A program made the position numbers and the translations under genes. Positions 9,218-22,077 of a stretch of 64,000 bases of DNA are shown here, one piece after another (position 1 is the first letter of the stretch; every line of letters starts with the position of its first letter). This stretch comes from Pseudomonadales bacterium (GTDB lineage: Bacteria; Pseudomonadota; Gammaproteobacteria; Pseudomonadales; UBA7239): contig JAWKZZ010000008.1 of assembly GCA_041395785.1 (NCBI GenBank), positions 1,471 through 65,470 on the forward strand, given 5' to 3'. The notes beneath the pieces are model-generated. The model did not search any database. It was not told where the DNA came from and saw only the letters and a list, made by a program, of their open reading frames with translations.

Positions 9218-11371
9218 TTACCGCGTTCGACGCGGGCGCTTGCCCGCTGCAGCGCCAGCCTTTCTTGCGCCTCTGGCTTTACTATCTTTGGCAGAAGGCT
9301 GCGGCGGCAAGCCGGTGTGTTGCGTCAACAATTTATTGGCGCGACGGCGATACATCGCATCGGCATTTTTGATGCGCGAGTCGATTTTTACCGGCTGCGT
9401 TTTGGGGATGAGGTGATGTGCGCCGTTGCCGATCAAATCTGCGCGCCCCATTTTGTGCAGTGCCGCGCGCAATAACGGCCAATTGTCAGGATCGTGATAG
9501 CGCAAAAACGCTTTGTGCAATTTGCGCTGATTGATGCCTTTCGGCACTGCCACTGTTTCGCTGTTGGCACGGATGCGTTTCAGTGGATTTTTTCCCGTGT
9601 GATACATCGCGCTCGCCATTGCCATTGGCGAGGGAATAAACGCCTGCACTTGGTCAGCTTGGAAGTTATATTTTTTTAACCACAGCGCCAAGTTCATCAT
9701 ATCTTCATCGCGCGTACCCGGATGCGCCGCAACAAAATACGGAATCAAATACTGCTCTTTGCCCGCTGCGCGCGAATATTTCTCAAACATGCCTTTGAAG
9801 CGATCATACGAGCCGATACCTGGCTTCATCATTTTTGTCAGCACACTTTCTTCCGTGTGCTCGGGCGCAATTTTCAAATAACCGCCCACATGGTGCGTGA
9901 CTAACTCTTTCACATACTCCGGCGTTTCTACCGCCAAGTCATAACGCAAACCGGAAGCGATCAGAATTTTTTTTATGCCGGGCAACGCCCGTGCTTTGCG
10001 GTACAGTTTCACCAACGGCATTTGGTTGGTGTCGAGATTGCTGCAAATACTCGGGTACACGCAGGACAAACGTCGACAACTCTGCTCGATTTTTTCATCC
10101 TTGCAATTCAGCCGCCACATATTTGCTGTGGGGCCACCGAGATCAGAAATCACACCCGTAAAGCCTGGCACTTTATCGCGAATGTCTTCAATTTCTTGCA
10201 GGATAGATTCTTCCGAACGGCTCTGAATAATGCGCCCTTCGTGTTCCGTGATGGAACAAAAAGTACAGCCGCCAAAACAGCCGCGCATGATGTTCACCGA
10301 GAAGCGAATCATTTCGTACGCGGGAAACTTGGCCTTGCCATACGAGGGATGCGGCTGACGCGAATACGGCAAACCAAACACGCCATCCATTTCTTGCGTG
10401 GACAGCGGCAGCGGTGGTGGATTCATCCACACCGCGCGATCGCCGTGCTGCTGTATCACTGCGCGCGCATTGCCGGGATTGGTTTCTTTGTGAAACACGC
10501 GCGAAGCGTGGGCGTACAACAGCGTGTCGCCACTCACGGCTTCAAACGAAGGCATGCGCACCACGGGCTCGCTTTGCGGTATTACTTTTTGTTCGGTTTT
10601 ATGTTCTGCATCATCTGGCGACAGCAACCGCACGACATCCGACACTTCTGGATCGGTTGCATCAATTTCTTGAAAACCGCCCAACACTTTTTTTGTCACA
10701 AACGCCGTGCCGCGAATATCGTGAATCTCGCGAATGTTTTCGCCAGCGGCTAAACGGTGCGCCAATTCCACCACTTGTCTTTCGGCATTGCCGTAAATCA
10801 GCATATCGGCTTTGCTGTCGAACAAAATCGAACGGCGCACTTTTTCTGACCAATAATCGAAATGCGCCAACCTGCGTAAACTCGCTTCAATGCCACCGAT
10901 GACCAGCGGCACATTAGGGAACGCTTCACGGCAGCGTTGACAATAAGTGAGCGTAGAGCGATCGGGTCTACGACCACCTTCACCGTTGGGTGAATACGCA
11001 TCATCGGAGCGAATTTTTTTATCCGCCGTGTAGCGGTTGATCATCGAATCCATATTGCCGGCGGTGACGCCAAAAAATAGATTCGGTTTGCCCAAGGCTT
11101 TGAACGCCTCGGCCGATTGCCAATCCGGTTGCGCGATGATACCCACGCGAAAGCCCTGCGCTTCCAGCGTGCGGCCGATAACGGCCATGCCAAAACTCGG
11201 GTGATCAATATAAGCATCGCCGGTGACGATGATGATGTCGCAACTGTCCCAGCCCAGTGCGTCCATTTCTGCGCGCGACATCGGCAACACAGGCGCGGCG
11301 CCAAAACGCTTCGCCCAAAATGGCTTGCGGCCAAACAAATCCGGCGCAAGAGCGGTACTGGCTGCTGACAT
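9218..11371 (-). CDS. ygiQ: YgiQ family radical SAM protein (UPF0313)
   Basis: 717 aa. Radical-SAM cluster motif [16 protein letters not shown]. Basic Lys/Arg-rich C-terminal tail typical of YgiQ. Confidence 0.88.
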   Translation of the reverse strand: MSAASTALAPDLFGRKPFWAKRFGAAPVLPMSRAEMDALGWDSCDIIIVTGDAYIDHPSFGMAVIGRTLEAQGFRVGIIAQPDWQSAEAFKALGKPNLFFGVTAGNMDSMINRYTADKKIRSDDAYSPNGEGGRRPDRSTLTYCQRCREAFPNVPLVIGGIEASLRRLAHFDYWSEKVRRSILFDSKADMLIYGNAERQVVELAHRLAAGENIREIHDIRGTAFVTKKVLGGFQEIDATDPEVSDVVRLLSPDDAEHKTEQKVIPQSEPVVRMPSFEAVSGDTLLYAHASRVFHKETNPGNARAVIQQHGDRAVWMNPPPLPLSTQEMDGVFGLPYSRQPHPSYGKAKFPAYEMIRFSVNIMRGCFGGCTFCSITEHEGRIIQSRSEESILQEIEDIRDKVPGFTGVISDLGGPTANMWRLNCKDEKIEQSCRRLSCVYPSICSNLDTNQMPLVKLYRKARALPGIKKILIASGLRYDLAVETPEYVKELVTHHVGGYLKIAPEHTEESVLTKMMKPGIGSYDRFKGMFEKYSRAAGKEQYLIPYFVAAHPGTRDEDMMNLALWLKKYNFQADQVQAFIPSPMAMASAMYHTGKNPLKRIRANSETVAVPKGINQRKLHKAFLRYHDPDNWPLLRAALHKMGRADLIGNGAHHLIPKTQPVKIDSRIKNADAMYRRRANKLLTQHTGLPPQPSAKDSKARGARKAGAAAGKRPRRTR

Positions 11372-11437
11372 GAACTTACCTCAACTCTCTGCGCACATCT
11401 TATACTGCACGCCGTTCTTTATTGTAGATCGACCACC

Positions 11438-12214
11438 ATGATCGAAGCACTGTGGCAAACCATACGCAGCACCGCCGAGCAGGAATCCGTGCAGGAGCCG
11501 ATGCTCGCCAGCTATTTGCACAACACCGTGTTGCGTCACCATAGCCTCTGCGCGGCGCTGGGTTTTCTGCTGGCGGACAAACTGGATTGCCAAGCCCTGC
11601 CCGCACTGACGCTCACCGAAGTGTTTGCCGAAGCGTTCTGCGGCGAAGCCAACATTACGGAAACCGTCGCGCGCGATATCGAAGCCATCGCCACCCGTGA
11701 CCCCGTGTGCCAGTCACCGCTGCAGGCAATGCTGTTTTACAAGGGCTTTCACGCACTGACCGCGTGGCGCGTGGCACATTGGCTGTGGCAGCAAGGGCGC
11801 AAACCACTGGCGTATTTTTTGCAAAATCGAATTTCCGTGACCTTCGCGGTGGATATCCACCCCGCTGCGCGCATTGGCAGCGGCGTGCTACTGGATCACG
11901 CGACCGGCATTGTGATCGGTGAGACGGCGGTTGTCGCGGACAATGTGTCGATTCTGCAAGATGTCACACTGGGCGGCACCGGCAAAGAAACTGGCGACCG
12001 CCACCCCAAAATCGGCGCCGGTGTGTTGATCGGCCCCGGCAGCAAAATTCTCGGCAATATTCATGTCGGCGCCTGCGCACAAATTGCAGCGGGCAGCGTC
12101 ATCCTCAAAGATGTACCCGATTGCGCTCTGATGGCCGGCGTGCCCGCGAAGCAAATCGGCCAGACCGATTGCGCGCAGCCGGCGCTAGAGATGCGCCAGA
12201 CGCTGAATCAGTAG
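11438..12214 (+). CDS. cysE: serine O-acetyltransferase
   Basis: 258 aa. SATase N-terminal helical domain followed by hexapeptide repeats (DIHPAARIGSGVLLDHATGIVIGETAVV...GDRHPKIGAGVLIG). Confidence 0.9.
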   Translation: MIEALWQTIRSTAEQESVQEPMLASYLHNTVLRHHSLCAALGFLLADKLDCQALPALTLTEVFAEAFCGEANITETVARDIEAIATRDPVCQSPLQAMLFYKGFHALTAWRVAHWLWQQGRKPLAYFLQNRISVTFAVDIHPAARIGSGVLLDHATGIVIGETAVVADNVSILQDVTLGGTGKETGDRHPKIGAGVLIGPGSKILGNIHVGACAQIAAGSVILKDVPDCALMAGVPAKQIGQTDCAQPALEMRQTLNQ

Positions 12215-12228
12215 TCAGCGACGCAACG

Positions 12229-12897
12229 ATGATCAATAAACTGCCGAGATGGGTCGAGACAGGTGGCTTCTTTCTGGCCTTCATTGCGGGCAGCATCAAC
12301 GCCATTGCGCTGCTCGGTTTCAATCATCAGGGCGTATCGCACCTGACTGGCAGTTCAACACTCCTGAGCGTCGAACTGGCGAGCGGGCATCTCCCGGAAG
12401 CACTGCATTTGCTGCTGATTCTGGTCAGTTTTGTGGTCGGTGCCGCCGTCAGCGGTTTCGTGATCGGCAATGAATCGCTGAAACTCGGCAGGCGCTACAG
12501 TGTCAGCCTGCTCGGTGAATCACTGCTGTTGCTGCTGGCGATGCTGCTCCTGAACCACGGCTCTGATCTAGGTCATTATCTAGCTGCCGGAGCCTGCGGT
12601 TTGCAGAATGCCATGACCAGCACATTCAGCGGAGCAGTCGTCCGCACCACACACGTCACCGGCATGTTTACCGACATGGGCATCACCGTCGGCTTATGGT
12701 TTCGCGGTCAACGCGCAGACAAAAGACGCATCGTGCTGTACTGCACACTGATTGCCGGTTTCATCGCTGGCGGTATTTTTGGTGCGAGCGGTTTCGGGCG
12801 CTTCGCGTTTTTCTCACTGATTGCGCCAGCCCTCATGTCTGCGCTGATGGCCGCGGCGTATCTCGTCTACTGGCACAAAAAGAAAAACTTTCGGTAA
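12229..12897 (+). CDS. YoaK/DUF1275 family membrane protein
   Basis: [44 protein letters not shown] is typical of DUF1275. Multi-TM. I chose ATG 12229; the track start at 12121 lies inside cysE. Confidence 0.75.
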   Translation: MINKLPRWVETGGFFLAFIAGSINAIALLGFNHQGVSHLTGSSTLLSVELASGHLPEALHLLLILVSFVVGAAVSGFVIGNESLKLGRRYSVSLLGESLLLLLAMLLLNHGSDLGHYLAAGACGLQNAMTSTFSGAVVRTTHVTGMFTDMGITVGLWFRGQRADKRRIVLYCTLIAGFIAGGIFGASGFGRFAFFSLIAPALMSALMAAAYLVYWHKKKNFR

Positions 12898-13427
12898 TGC
12901 TGCAACTCCGCAATCGAATCGCGGATGTCATCCAGCGCCAGATGTGAGCTATTTTTCTTCACGCCGTCGGCAATTTCCGGTCGCCAGCGTTTCGCCAGTT
13001 CTTTGATCGAGCTGACATCCAAATTGCGGTAGTGAAAAAACGCTTCCAACTGCGGCATGCCGCGCCACAAAAAACGGCGGTCTTGGCAAATGCTGTTGCC
13101 GCACATCGGCGATGCGCCCGCCGGCACCCACTGCGCGAGAAACTCCAGTGTTTGTCTTTCTGCTTCAGCAGTATCTATCTCACTGTTCAACACGCGCTGT
13201 GTCAGCCCGCTGTGGCCGTGCTGGCGCGTATTCCACTCGTCCATGGCATCCATCGTCGCCTGCGATTGCCGTATCGCGAGCGATGGTCCTTCCGCCAGCA
13301 CTTTGAGATCGCTATCGGTCACGATGGTGGCGATTTCGATGATGACATCGCTATCTGGATTCAGCCCCGTCATCTCCAAATCAATCCAAATTAAATGGTT
13401 TTTATCCGCAACAGGCTTTGGTTGCAT
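12867..13427 (-). CDS. orn: oligoribonuclease
   Basis: 186 aa. [11 protein letters not shown] (DEDDh exo I), [22 protein letters not shown]. Confidence 0.93.
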   Translation of the reverse strand: MQPKPVADKNHLIWIDLEMTGLNPDSDVIIEIATIVTDSDLKVLAEGPSLAIRQSQATMDAMDEWNTRQHGHSGLTQRVLNSEIDTAEAERQTLEFLAQWVPAGASPMCGNSICQDRRFLWRGMPQLEAFFHYRNLDVSSIKELAKRWRPEIADGVKKNSSHLALDDIRDSIAELQHYRKFFFLCQ

Positions 13428-13449
13428 CTCGCTGCTCTCTTGGTAAGGT

Positions 13450-14508
13450 GTGCGCCATTCTTACCGCTACGCCTGCCGATGTGAAGCCAACCCTGTGGCC
13501 AGACGCCTGACCGAACAACAACGCCGCCGTATTGCGATGCACCAAACGCGCCGCCGCAGCGCTGTGGACGATGAAACCGCGCTCGATGAAACACAGCTCG
13601 GCGCCGAACAAGAAGTGCTGGTGATTGCGCATTACGGCAGCCAAGTGGATGTAGAAACGCTGGACGCTACGCCGCGCAGCGTGCGCTGTTTTTTGCGCGC
13701 CAACCTCGAAGCGCTCGTCACGGGTGATCGCGTGATTGCCAAACTGCCGCCGCCGGACAGCGAGATCAGCAACGGCGTGGTGGTGGCGGGTTGCGCGCGC
13801 CGTTCGCTGTTGTCGCGCCCCGACAGTCGCGGTTTGTTGCGCCCTATCGCCGCGAATGTGGATCTGATGTTAATCACTCTTGCGCCCGCGCCGGAACCGT
13901 TTCCGTTTTTGGTGGATCGCTATTTGGTGGCCGCCAGTTTGTATGGCATTACCGCCGCCATTGTGTGCAACAAAACCGATTTACTCACGGCTGCAAATCG
14001 CAGTGTGATTGATCGCATGCTGCACATTTATCAACGCCTCGGTTATTCCGTGTTTTCGGTTTCCACACAACAAGCCGATAGCATGCAGACGCTGCGAGAG
14101 TTTTTGTGCGACAAAACAGCCGTGATTGTCGGGCAGTCCGGTGTAGGCAAATCGTCTTTGATTCGCACGCTGTTACCCGATATTGAAATTGCCATTGGCG
14201 AATTATCGGCCGGTGTAGAAAAAGGTCGCCACACCACCACCACCGCGCGTTTGTATCATTTACCCGAAGGTGGCGATTTGATCGACTCGCCCGGCATCCG
14301 CGAATTTGGTTTGCCGCTGATCAGCGCGCAAGAATTGCTGCCGCATTTTGTGGATTTGCAACAACAGGCGCAGCACTGTCGTTTTCGCGATTGCCAACAC
14401 GAACACGAACCCGATTGCGCCGTGCTCGCCGCCGAACAAACAGGCACCATTTTTCCCGAACGCTTGGCCAGCTATCGCCATTTGCTCGCCAATCTTCACT
14501 CCGCTTAA
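13450..14508 (+). CDS. rsgA: ribosome small-subunit-dependent GTPase A
   Basis: 352 aa. [17 protein letters not shown]-terminal zinc motif [14 protein letters not shown]. Divergent from orn. The start is GTG 13450 or GTG 13495. Confidence 0.9.
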   Translation: MRHSYRYACRCEANPVARRLTEQQRRRIAMHQTRRRSAVDDETALDETQLGAEQEVLVIAHYGSQVDVETLDATPRSVRCFLRANLEALVTGDRVIAKLPPPDSEISNGVVVAGCARRSLLSRPDSRGLLRPIAANVDLMLITLAPAPEPFPFLVDRYLVAASLYGITAAIVCNKTDLLTAANRSVIDRMLHIYQRLGYSVFSVSTQQADSMQTLREFLCDKTAVIVGQSGVGKSSLIRTLLPDIEIAIGELSAGVEKGRHTTTTARLYHLPEGGDLIDSPGIREFGLPLISAQELLPHFVDLQQQAQHCRFRDCQHEHEPDCAVLAAEQTGTIFPERLASYRHLLANLHSA

Positions 14509-14523
14509 TTTTTTTCTACCCGC

Positions 14524-15378
14524 ATGACTGAATCCGCTATCACCAAACTCGACCACAGCATCGCCATCACCAGCAACGGCAAACGCGCGATTGATTGGCT
14601 GGCGGAAAACACGCCGCTGTCGCGCATGCAACTCAAAAAAGCGATGGCGAACGGCGCGGTGTGGTTACAAATTGGCAAGAAACAAGAACGCATGCGCCGC
14701 GCTACGCGCGAGTTGCCTGCCAACAGCACTTTGCACATTCATTTTGATGCCGCCATTCTTGCGCTCACCGCGCCGATGCCAACTAAAATTGCCGAAGAAC
14801 GAAGCTACTCCGTGTGGTACAAACCCGCCGGCTTGTTGGCGCAAGGCACGCTGCAAGGCGATCACTGCTCGCTGTTGCGCATCGTCGAGCAACTCACACA
14901 GCGCAAAACATTTCTTGTGCATCGTTTAGATCGCGAAGCCAACGGCTTGATGTTGATTGCACACTCGGAAAAAGCAGCCGCCGCGCTATCAACTTTATTC
15001 CAACACAATCGCATCGAAAAACATTATCGCGCCAGCGTGCAGGGCGAATGGAATCTCACTGCCGAGACAGCGCTGCCGTACAAAATTGACGGCGCCATTG
15101 ATGGCAAACACGCTGTTACTTGGATAGACAGCGCCACTTACGATGCCGGCAATCACTGCACGCATGTGCGTTTGCATATCGACACCGGACGCAAGCATCA
15201 GATTCGTCGCCATCTTGCCGCGCTCGGCCATCCGATACTTGGCGATGCGCGCTACGGCACTGCCAATGGCAGCAACACACTGGCACTGACGGCGAGCAGC
15301 ATGGAATTTCTGTGTCCGCTCGCCAATCGCAAACGCTTGTTTACGCTGTCGGCTGAGCTTTTGGCGCCGTCACGCTAA
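14524..15378 (+). CDS. RluA-family pseudouridine synthase
   Basis: 284 aa. N-terminal S4-like region, catalytic HRLDREANGLMLIAHS, KHQIRRHLA motif. Confidence 0.8.
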   Translation: MTESAITKLDHSIAITSNGKRAIDWLAENTPLSRMQLKKAMANGAVWLQIGKKQERMRRATRELPANSTLHIHFDAAILALTAPMPTKIAEERSYSVWYKPAGLLAQGTLQGDHCSLLRIVEQLTQRKTFLVHRLDREANGLMLIAHSEKAAAALSTLFQHNRIEKHYRASVQGEWNLTAETALPYKIDGAIDGKHAVTWIDSATYDAGNHCTHVRLHIDTGRKHQIRRHLAALGHPILGDARYGTANGSNTLALTASSMEFLCPLANRKRLFTLSAELLAPSR

Positions 15379-15390
15379 TGGAGAAAAAAG

Positions 15391-16434
15391 ATGTTTGACC
15401 CACACGCTCTTTTTGCAGTGCGCGCTGTAAACAAAAACTTACAAGCGGATATCCAACACAAAATTGATCAAAAAACCAAACCGCTGGGTGCCTTGGGCAC
15501 ACTGGAAATGATTGCCCTGCAAATTGCCCTCATCCAGCAAACACTCACGCCAACATTGAAAAAACCACACATGCTGCTATTTGCGGGTGATCACGGCATT
15601 ACCGCAGAAGGCGTGAGCCCTTTTTCGCAAGTAGTGACACAACAAATGGTGCACAACTTTGCCAAAGGCGGCGCGGCGATCAATGTGTTTTGCCGTCAAC
15701 ACGGTATTGCAATTGATGTGGTGGATGCCGGCGTGAATGGCGACTTGCGCGGCCTGCCTATCAAACAAGTGAAGGTAGCGGAAGGTACGCGCAACTTTTT
15801 GCACGAACCCGCGATGACAGCCGCGCAGTGTGAGCAGGCGATTGCGCGCGGTGCGATGTTGGTGCGCGCCACAGCAGAAGCTGGCAGCAACATCATCGGC
15901 TTTGGTGAAATGGGCATCGGCAACACTTCTTCTGCTACGGCGTTGTTTGCGGCCTTATCAGGTACAGCGATTGAAGATTGCGTGGGGCGCGGCACGGGCT
16001 TGGACGATCAAGGCTTGCAACACAAAACGGCTGTATTAAAAGCTGCACTCGCCAAACATGGCACGCTCGCTAACCCGTTTGACATGTTGTGCACTTTTGG
16101 CGGTTTTGAAATTGCGATGATGGTGGGCGCAATACTCGCCGCCTGTGAGAAAAAAATGGTGGTGATGATCGATGGCTTTATCGCCAGCAGCGCCGCTGCC
16201 ATTGCTTTTGCACTGGAACCACCCGCGCGCGATTACTGCATTTTTTCGCATTTATCGAACGAATCCGGTCATAAAAAAATACTCGATTATTTACAAGTTT
16301 CACCTCTGGTATCGCTTGGCTTGCGTTTGGGTGAAGGCAGCGGCGTAGCTGTCACTTATCCACTGATTCAATCGGCGGTTTTATTTTTGAATGACATGGC
16401 GTCGTTTGACGATGCCGGTGTATCCAACCAATGA
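15391..16434 (+). CDS. cobT: nicotinate-nucleotide--dimethylbenzimidazole phosphoribosyltransferase
   Basis: 347 aa. [14 protein letters not shown] and LGEGSG motifs. Confidence 0.92.
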   Translation: MFDPHALFAVRAVNKNLQADIQHKIDQKTKPLGALGTLEMIALQIALIQQTLTPTLKKPHMLLFAGDHGITAEGVSPFSQVVTQQMVHNFAKGGAAINVFCRQHGIAIDVVDAGVNGDLRGLPIKQVKVAEGTRNFLHEPAMTAAQCEQAIARGAMLVRATAEAGSNIIGFGEMGIGNTSSATALFAALSGTAIEDCVGRGTGLDDQGLQHKTAVLKAALAKHGTLANPFDMLCTFGGFEIAMMVGAILAACEKKMVVMIDGFIASSAAAIAFALEPPARDYCIFSHLSNESGHKKILDYLQVSPLVSLGLRLGEGSGVAVTYPLIQSAVLFLNDMASFDDAGVSNQ

Positions 16435-17912
16435 AAAATAATTTTCGCGCACAACACTGTTTGATGGTGCAAGGCTGCACTTCCGATGCCGGAAAAAGCA
16501 CTTTGGTGGCGGGTTTGTGTCGCGTGCTAGCGCGACGCGGCGTAAAAGTTGCGCCCTTCAAACCACAAAATATGGCGTTGAACAGCGCCGTCACCGTGGA
16601 TGGCGGCGAGATTGGTCGCGCACAAGCGGTGCAAGCGCAAGCGTGTTTTTTAGAACCGCACAGCGATATGAATCCGATTTTGCTGAAGCCCAACACCGAT
16701 ACCGGCGCACAAGTGATTGTGCACGGCAAAGCACTCAGCAATATGGATGCGCGCCACTATCACCACTACAAAACCGAAGCGATGCAGTTTGTACTGCAAT
16801 CGTTTGAGCGACTGTCTGCGCACTATGCATGTGTAATGGTGGAAGGCGCTGGCAGCCCCGCAGAAATCAATTTGCGCGATCGCGATGTCGCCAATATGGG
16901 CTTTGCCGAAGCGGTGGATTGCCCAGTAATTGTAGTGGCCGATATTGATCGCGGCGGCGTGTTCGCGCATTTGTGCGGCACGCTGGATTTATTGAGCGAT
17001 TCCGAACAACAGCGCGTCGCCGGTTTTGTGATTAACAAATTTCGCGGCGATGTTTCACTGCTACAACCCGGCATTGATTGGCTGGAGCAGCGCACCGGCA
17101 AACCTGTGTTAGCGGTGATGCCTTATTTACACGGCATGCACCTGGAAGCCGAAGACGCGATTGCGTATCAACAGCCAGAAAAAAATAGCGCGCAACGCTT
17201 ACGCGTGATCGTGCCAGTGATGCCGCGCATCAGCAATCACACCGATTTCGATGCGCTGCGTTTACACCCGCAAGTGGATCTCACTTTTGTGCGCGCGGGG
17301 GAAGTCATTCCAGCGGCCGACTTGGTGATATTGCCGGGCAGCAAAAGTGTGCGCAGCGATCTCGCTTTTTTGCGCGCGAACCACTGGGAACCGCATTTGC
17401 AAAAACACCTGCGCTACGGCGGCAAACTGATGGGAATTTGCGGCGGCTTTCAAATGCTGGGCAACAGCATTGCTGATCCGCACGCACTGGAAGGCACAGC
17501 GGGCACGGCGCAAGGTTTTGGTTTTTTGGATTTCGACACCGTGTTAGAACCAGAAAAACAATTGCTGCGCGTACAAGGGCAACTGCAAGCCACCGGCGCG
17601 CGCGTCAGCGGCTATGAAATTCATTGCGGCGTGAGTCGCGGTGCGGCGTTGGAAAATTCGGCACTGGAGCTCGGCGATCATCGCGACGGTGCGCTATCTG
17701 CTGACGGCAACATCCTCGGCAGCTATGTGCACGGCATTTTTGATGAGCAGGAATCGCTGACGAGTTTATTGGCGTGGGCGGGCTTGCGCGATGTAGAAGC
17801 GTTTGATTATCGCGCGCGCCAAGAAGCGGATATCGAGCGACTGGCCGATGCGGTGGAGCAACATTTCAACGCTCAGTGGCTGAATGCATTAACACCCTCG
17901 CCTCGCAGTTAA
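16431..17912 (+). CDS. cobQ: cobyric acid synthase
   Basis: 493 aa. [21 protein letters not shown]-terminus, GATase-1 domain with [13 protein letters not shown] overlap with cobT. Confidence 0.92.
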   Translation: MKNNFRAQHCLMVQGCTSDAGKSTLVAGLCRVLARRGVKVAPFKPQNMALNSAVTVDGGEIGRAQAVQAQACFLEPHSDMNPILLKPNTDTGAQVIVHGKALSNMDARHYHHYKTEAMQFVLQSFERLSAHYACVMVEGAGSPAEINLRDRDVANMGFAEAVDCPVIVVADIDRGGVFAHLCGTLDLLSDSEQQRVAGFVINKFRGDVSLLQPGIDWLEQRTGKPVLAVMPYLHGMHLEAEDAIAYQQPEKNSAQRLRVIVPVMPRISNHTDFDALRLHPQVDLTFVRAGEVIPAADLVILPGSKSVRSDLAFLRANHWEPHLQKHLRYGGKLMGICGGFQMLGNSIADPHALEGTAGTAQGFGFLDFDTVLEPEKQLLRVQGQLQATGARVSGYEIHCGVSRGAALENSALELGDHRDGALSADGNILGSYVHGIFDEQESLTSLLAWAGLRDVEAFDYRARQEADIERLADAVEQHFNAQWLNALTPSPRS

Positions 17913-20900
17913 AACTCAGCGCCGTTTACTACCGTTACTTTGCCCACATCTTTCAGCAATTTGGTTTTGCCGTTCACCAGCACAGGCAGATCAAAACCCG
18001 GTATGCCGATGATGATGTCGGCCTTGCCATCGCTGTTGATGTCGCCAGCACTTACGGCTGCGCCGAAATAATCTTTCGTCACATCGCCATATTTTGTTGC
18101 ACCAATTTGGGCGTAACCATTGCCACTGAACACAACAACACTGCCCGCCATTTTGATCGGCTTTTTCGGATTGGCGGTCGGTTTGTTGTCTTTCCACGCA
18201 CCGGCAATGATGTCAGCTTTGTTGTCACCATTCACATCACCCGCTGCCATGCTGTAGCCGAGTTGCGCTTTGGCATTTGCTCCGTAAATTTTTGGTGTTA
18301 GTTCGTCACCGTTGATGCCTGAAAACACCGTGATGCTGCCAGCATCCTTATGTTTACTGTCGGCATCATCCAGCGGCGCACCGACAAGTACATCGTCATA
18401 ACTGTCACCACTCACATCGCCAACCGCAACCGCTTTACCAAACTGCGAACCTTTCACACCGCTTCTTGTGAAAAACGGCTCTACTGAATTTGTCAGCAAA
18501 TACGCTTTAACGCTGCCGGTGCCATTTTCATTCGGTGCACCGATAACAATGGCAGCACCATCGCTGTTCAGCGTGCCGATGGCGACGGCGGCGCCCGCGT
18601 AAGCCTTGGCACTTGCACCATAGAACGGTGTACCGAGTGGGGTGAGACCGCTGCCGGAATACACGGTCACACTGCCTGCCAGCTTCAAACCCGTATCACC
18701 CGTTGCTTTCGGTGCGCCCACCAGAATATCCGGCGTACTGTCGCCGTCCACATCACCCAGCGCCAGCGCCGCACCAAACTGTGATTTGACTTGCGAGCCG
18801 TTGATGATTGCATCCGCCTGGTTGTTGCAGTGATCCCCTCGCCCGTACAACACGGTCACGGTGCCAGTGCGTGTTGTGCCAGCATTCGGAGCACCTACTA
18901 CAACATCGTCACAGCCATCGCCGTCGATGTCTGCGCCACCCGCCACGGCCGTGCCCATGGCATCCTTGGCGGCGAAACCTTCAACGGAAGCCAGTTCCGT
19001 ACCGCCTTTACCGGAGATCACCACGGCGCGCCCGACATCCTTTTTTGCCTTTATTTTCAACGACTTGCTGGCAGGAAGATCGTGACTCGGCGTACCGATC
19101 ACATAGTCGCCATAACCATCGCCATTAAAGTCACCCGCAAAGGCGACTGCGCTGCCGGTCTTGTCGGCCTTCACCTCGCCCGGTACATCACCCAGCACTG
19201 GCACTGGATCATCACAAGCATCACCGATATCGTTGCCATCCCAATCCAGTTGATTCGGATTGAATACGGTTGGGCAGTTGTCAGCACTGTCACCAATGCC
19301 ATCATCATCCGTATCGAGCTTCACGGTGACGGTCAATACTCGGGCAACACCGGCGCTGAATGTAAATGTCAGGCTTGTGGTGCCTTCCGGCTGTGTCGCC
19401 AAATAGCTTTTCTGAATAATTACATCATTGCCTGTGATCCAATAATCCGTTCCAAACACGAGCATTTGCCCTTCATTGCTAATGTCCACGAGTGTGTTGC
19501 CGTTTAGTGCCAATGTTGTGACAACATCGACTTGCGCAGACAGTTTCTTGTCGAAGTTGGCTGTATCCGGACTGATGGTGCTGTCCAGCGGCGCATTGTC
19601 CAGTACAAAACGGTTGGATACCGCGCGAACCTCATTGCCTGCCGTATCTTTCCCTCGAATGTGTAAATACCAGTCGCCATCCACACCTTCTTTTGTCAGC
19701 GCACTGCCATTATTCAAGGGCAGCCAGCCAGCCGCAGGCTCAGCTGTGTCTTGTGTCCAGACATACTCCAGCGTGGACTCCACCAGTCCGCTGCCACCGC
19801 TATCGGTAACCGTCGTCGTTACTGAAGTACTCCGCACCAGCAATTCACTGCCGTTCGGGCTGAAGAGAACCGCTGGCTTGGTTCTGTCGATATTGACCGC
19901 GTATGGCGCAGACAAACTATTTCCCAGCGAATCCGTGACCGTGAACTCACCGGAATTCATACCATCGCTGATGAAAAATATCTCTCCCCCTGGCGTATAG
20001 ATTCCCTGATCTGCTCCGTTCATCGACCAAGTAACGGAAGTAATCGGTGAGGCTCCTGTTTCCGCCGTAGCAGACACCCGGACACTGCTGTTTGTCCATT
20101 CCCCGCTTGCATAATCATCGCCACCCGTCACCTTGACCTTGGTTATCGTCAGTTTCAGGTCACCCCTGCTGATCTTGACGGTGCGACTGTCCGTTTGCAC
20201 ATTGCCCATCCCATCTATCGCCTGAACAGCAATCGAATGGATACCCTCGTCCAATATCGTAATCGGGCCTGAATAATTCGCCCATGTTTTGCCACCATCC
20301 AGCGTATACCGCAATGAAGTCACGCCACTTAGTGCATCTGTTGCGTCTGCGGTAATTTTTACATCTTGATTGGTCCAGGTGTCATTTGAATAAATGCTCT
20401 CATCTGCGTTTTTCATCGTCACGGTCAACGCTGGAGCCGTGTTATCTATCAGAAATGCCGCTGACGCTGCATTCGCCAAATTCCCTGCATAATCCCTGGC
20501 TCTGACATGCAGATACCAGTTTCCGTCTGCTCCAGCGTATGTAAATTGCGCCACCGCCGCGTATGGAAGCAGGGAAAAAACACTCCAGCCACTGGCAGGT
20601 GCCGTGGCCGTTTGTGCCCAGGCATATTCGAGCGTGGACGCATCCAGACCACTCGTCGCATCCGTCACTGTCACCTGAGTATTGATGGTCCGGAGCGGTC
20701 CAACACTGCCGTTGGGGGCGAAGACGATAACCGGTGCAACGCGATCACGCGAGACGGTCAGCGTATAGGTCATGGCTTCGTTTGGCTTCAGATAAGGCAC
20801 CACTCTGACCTTGATCACTGCACCGGCAGCTGGAACCGGTACGGTGACCGTGGAGCCGCTGGTTTGCCGCTGGTCATTGATATACAACGCGGCATAAGTG

Positions 20901-21970
20901 GAGTCTTTCAAAACCGCGTTGATATGGACGCTTGTTGCCTCAGGAGCAATGTCATACTGATATGCGGTAACAGCTGAGGAAAAGGCAGGGGAAGGTGAGC
21001 CCTCCGCCAGTGTCAAACTGCTCAACTCGTTATCACCCGGCACAGAAGTCTGCGATCCCCAACTGACAACAGTGCCGTCACCCTGTAATGCCAGCGAGTG
21101 ATCGACACCGGCTGACACCGCGACAACATCCGCAAGCCCAGCAGGAGGAGCCACTTTGCCATCCGCATTGTCACCCCAACCGATAACCGTGCCGTCATTC
21201 TTCAGTGCCAATGCGTGCATATGATTTGCTGAAATGGCCGTGATACTAGACAGACCCGCTACATCCAGAATCCCGTTTCCGTTAAATTCCTTCCCCCACG
21301 CAACAACGGTACTGTTTGACTTTAATGCCAGCGCATACAAATATCCGGCATCAATCGCAACAACATCAGACAAATTCGATGGCTTGAGTGTCGCACCAGC
21401 ACCGTTTGACCCCCAATCGACGACTGTACCGTCGAATTTCAAGGCCATTGAGTAGTAACTGCCCGCGGCCACCTTGGTAACACCAACCTGCGCGTCAACC
21501 GGCACATTCGCTTGTCCATTCCCATTGAGTCCCCAGGCGTAAACCCTGCCAACATTGCCGACCACGCCTGTTTGCGAGACTGCCAAAGTGTGTTTGCCTG
21601 CTGCAGACATGGCGATAACCTTGGTCAGACCTTGAGGGATAACCGTCTCGCCTGCGTCATCGCTTCCCCAGGCAACCAGTGCCCCGTTCGATTTACGCGC
21701 AAGAAAGGTAGAGTCTTTGGCTGAGATCTCTACTACATCAGTCAGCCCTTCCGGGGGCTTGGCCCACGCGGTGACATTATTACCCCACGCGATAACAGTG
21801 CCATCCGATTTCAGGGCAATAGAATTATTTTGGGCTGCTGCAATCTGGACCACTTTTACCGTATCAGCCACGCCATTTTGCGCAAATGGAGTCATTGTTC
21901 CGGCAAAGAGCAACACCGCTGTTATCGCTACTCCAAACTTTCCCAATATTCTTTCAAAAGTGGGCCGCAC
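17909..21970 (-). CDS. large secreted mosaic protein: signal peptide, 7 RCC1-like repeats, cadherin-like beta-sandwich, Ig-like/'WYLH..D.AGN' modules, X2-like domain, thrombospondin type-3 repeats, 7 FG-GAP repeats
   Basis: 1353 aa. RCC1 blades (..[10 protein letters not shown].., [34 protein letters not shown]). [81 protein letters not shown] Ca-loops [80 protein letters not shown] and [16 protein letters not shown]. Confidence 0.85.
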   Translation of the reverse strand: MRPTFERILGKFGVAITAVLLFAGTMTPFAQNGVADTVKVVQIAAAQNNSIALKSDGTVIAWGNNVTAWAKPPEGLTDVVEISAKDSTFLARKSNGALVAWGSDDAGETVIPQGLTKVIAMSAAGKHTLAVSQTGVVGNVGRVYAWGLNGNGQANVPVDAQVGVTKVAAGSYYSMALKFDGTVVDWGSNGAGATLKPSNLSDVVAIDAGYLYALALKSNSTVVAWGKEFNGNGILDVAGLSSITAISANHMHALALKNDGTVIGWGDNADGKVAPPAGLADVVAVSAGVDHSLALQGDGTVVSWGSQTSVPGDNELSSLTLAEGSPSPAFSSAVTAYQYDIAPEATSVHINAVLKDSTYAALYINDQRQTSGSTVTVPVPAAGAVIKVRVVPYLKPNEAMTYTLTVSRDRVAPVIVFAPNGSVGPLRTINTQVTVTDATSGLDASTLEYAWAQTATAPASGWSVFSLLPYAAVAQFTYAGADGNWYLHVRARDYAGNLANAASAAFLIDNTAPALTVTMKNADESIYSNDTWTNQDVKITADATDALSGVTSLRYTLDGGKTWANYSGPITILDEGIHSIAVQAIDGMGNVQTDSRTVKISRGDLKLTITKVKVTGGDDYASGEWTNSSVRVSATAETGASPITSVTWSMNGADQGIYTPGGEIFFISDGMNSGEFTVTDSLGNSLSAPYAVNIDRTKPAVLFSPNGSELLVRSTSVTTTVTDSGGSGLVESTLEYVWTQDTAEPAAGWLPLNNGSALTKEGVDGDWYLHIRGKDTAGNEVRAVSNRFVLDNAPLDSTISPDTANFDKKLSAQVDVVTTLALNGNTLVDISNEGQMLVFGTDYWITGNDVIIQKSYLATQPEGTTSLTFTFSAGVARVLTVTVKLDTDDDGIGDSADNCPTVFNPNQLDWDGNDIGDACDDPVPVLGDVPGEVKADKTGSAVAFAGDFNGDGYGDYVIGTPSHDLPASKSLKIKAKKDVGRAVVISGKGGTELASVEGFAAKDAMGTAVAGGADIDGDGCDDVVVGAPNAGTTRTGTVTVLYGRGDHCNNQADAIINGSQVKSQFGAALALGDVDGDSTPDILVGAPKATGDTGLKLAGSVTVYSGSGLTPLGTPFYGASAKAYAGAAVAIGTLNSDGAAIVIGAPNENGTGSVKAYLLTNSVEPFFTRSGVKGSQFGKAVAVGDVSGDSYDDVLVGAPLDDADSKHKDAGSITVFSGINGDELTPKIYGANAKAQLGYSMAAGDVNGDNKADIIAGAWKDNKPTANPKKPIKMAGSVVVFSGNGYAQIGATKYGDVTKDYFGAAVSAGDINSDGKADIIIGIPGFDLPVLVNGKTKLLKDVGKVTVVNGAEF

Positions 21971-22077
21971 TGTACAAACTCCCTACATTCCAGTTTCTTG
22001 TAGTGTTAGCCGCTATATAGTAATGCCTACTATTGTTGATACATCTCATCTTGCCAGAATGTGACAGAGTTGCCCCG

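Noticed and set aside
10022-10753. 243-aa plus-strand ORF inside ygiQ
   Set aside because: It is antisense to the radical-SAM core of ygiQ and has His/Arg-rich composition typical of a reverse-frame artefact.
15379-15390. Cobalamin riboswitch upstream of cobT-cobQ
   Set aside because: Only 12 nt separate cobT from the preceding pseudouridine synthase gene, which leaves no room for a B12 element.
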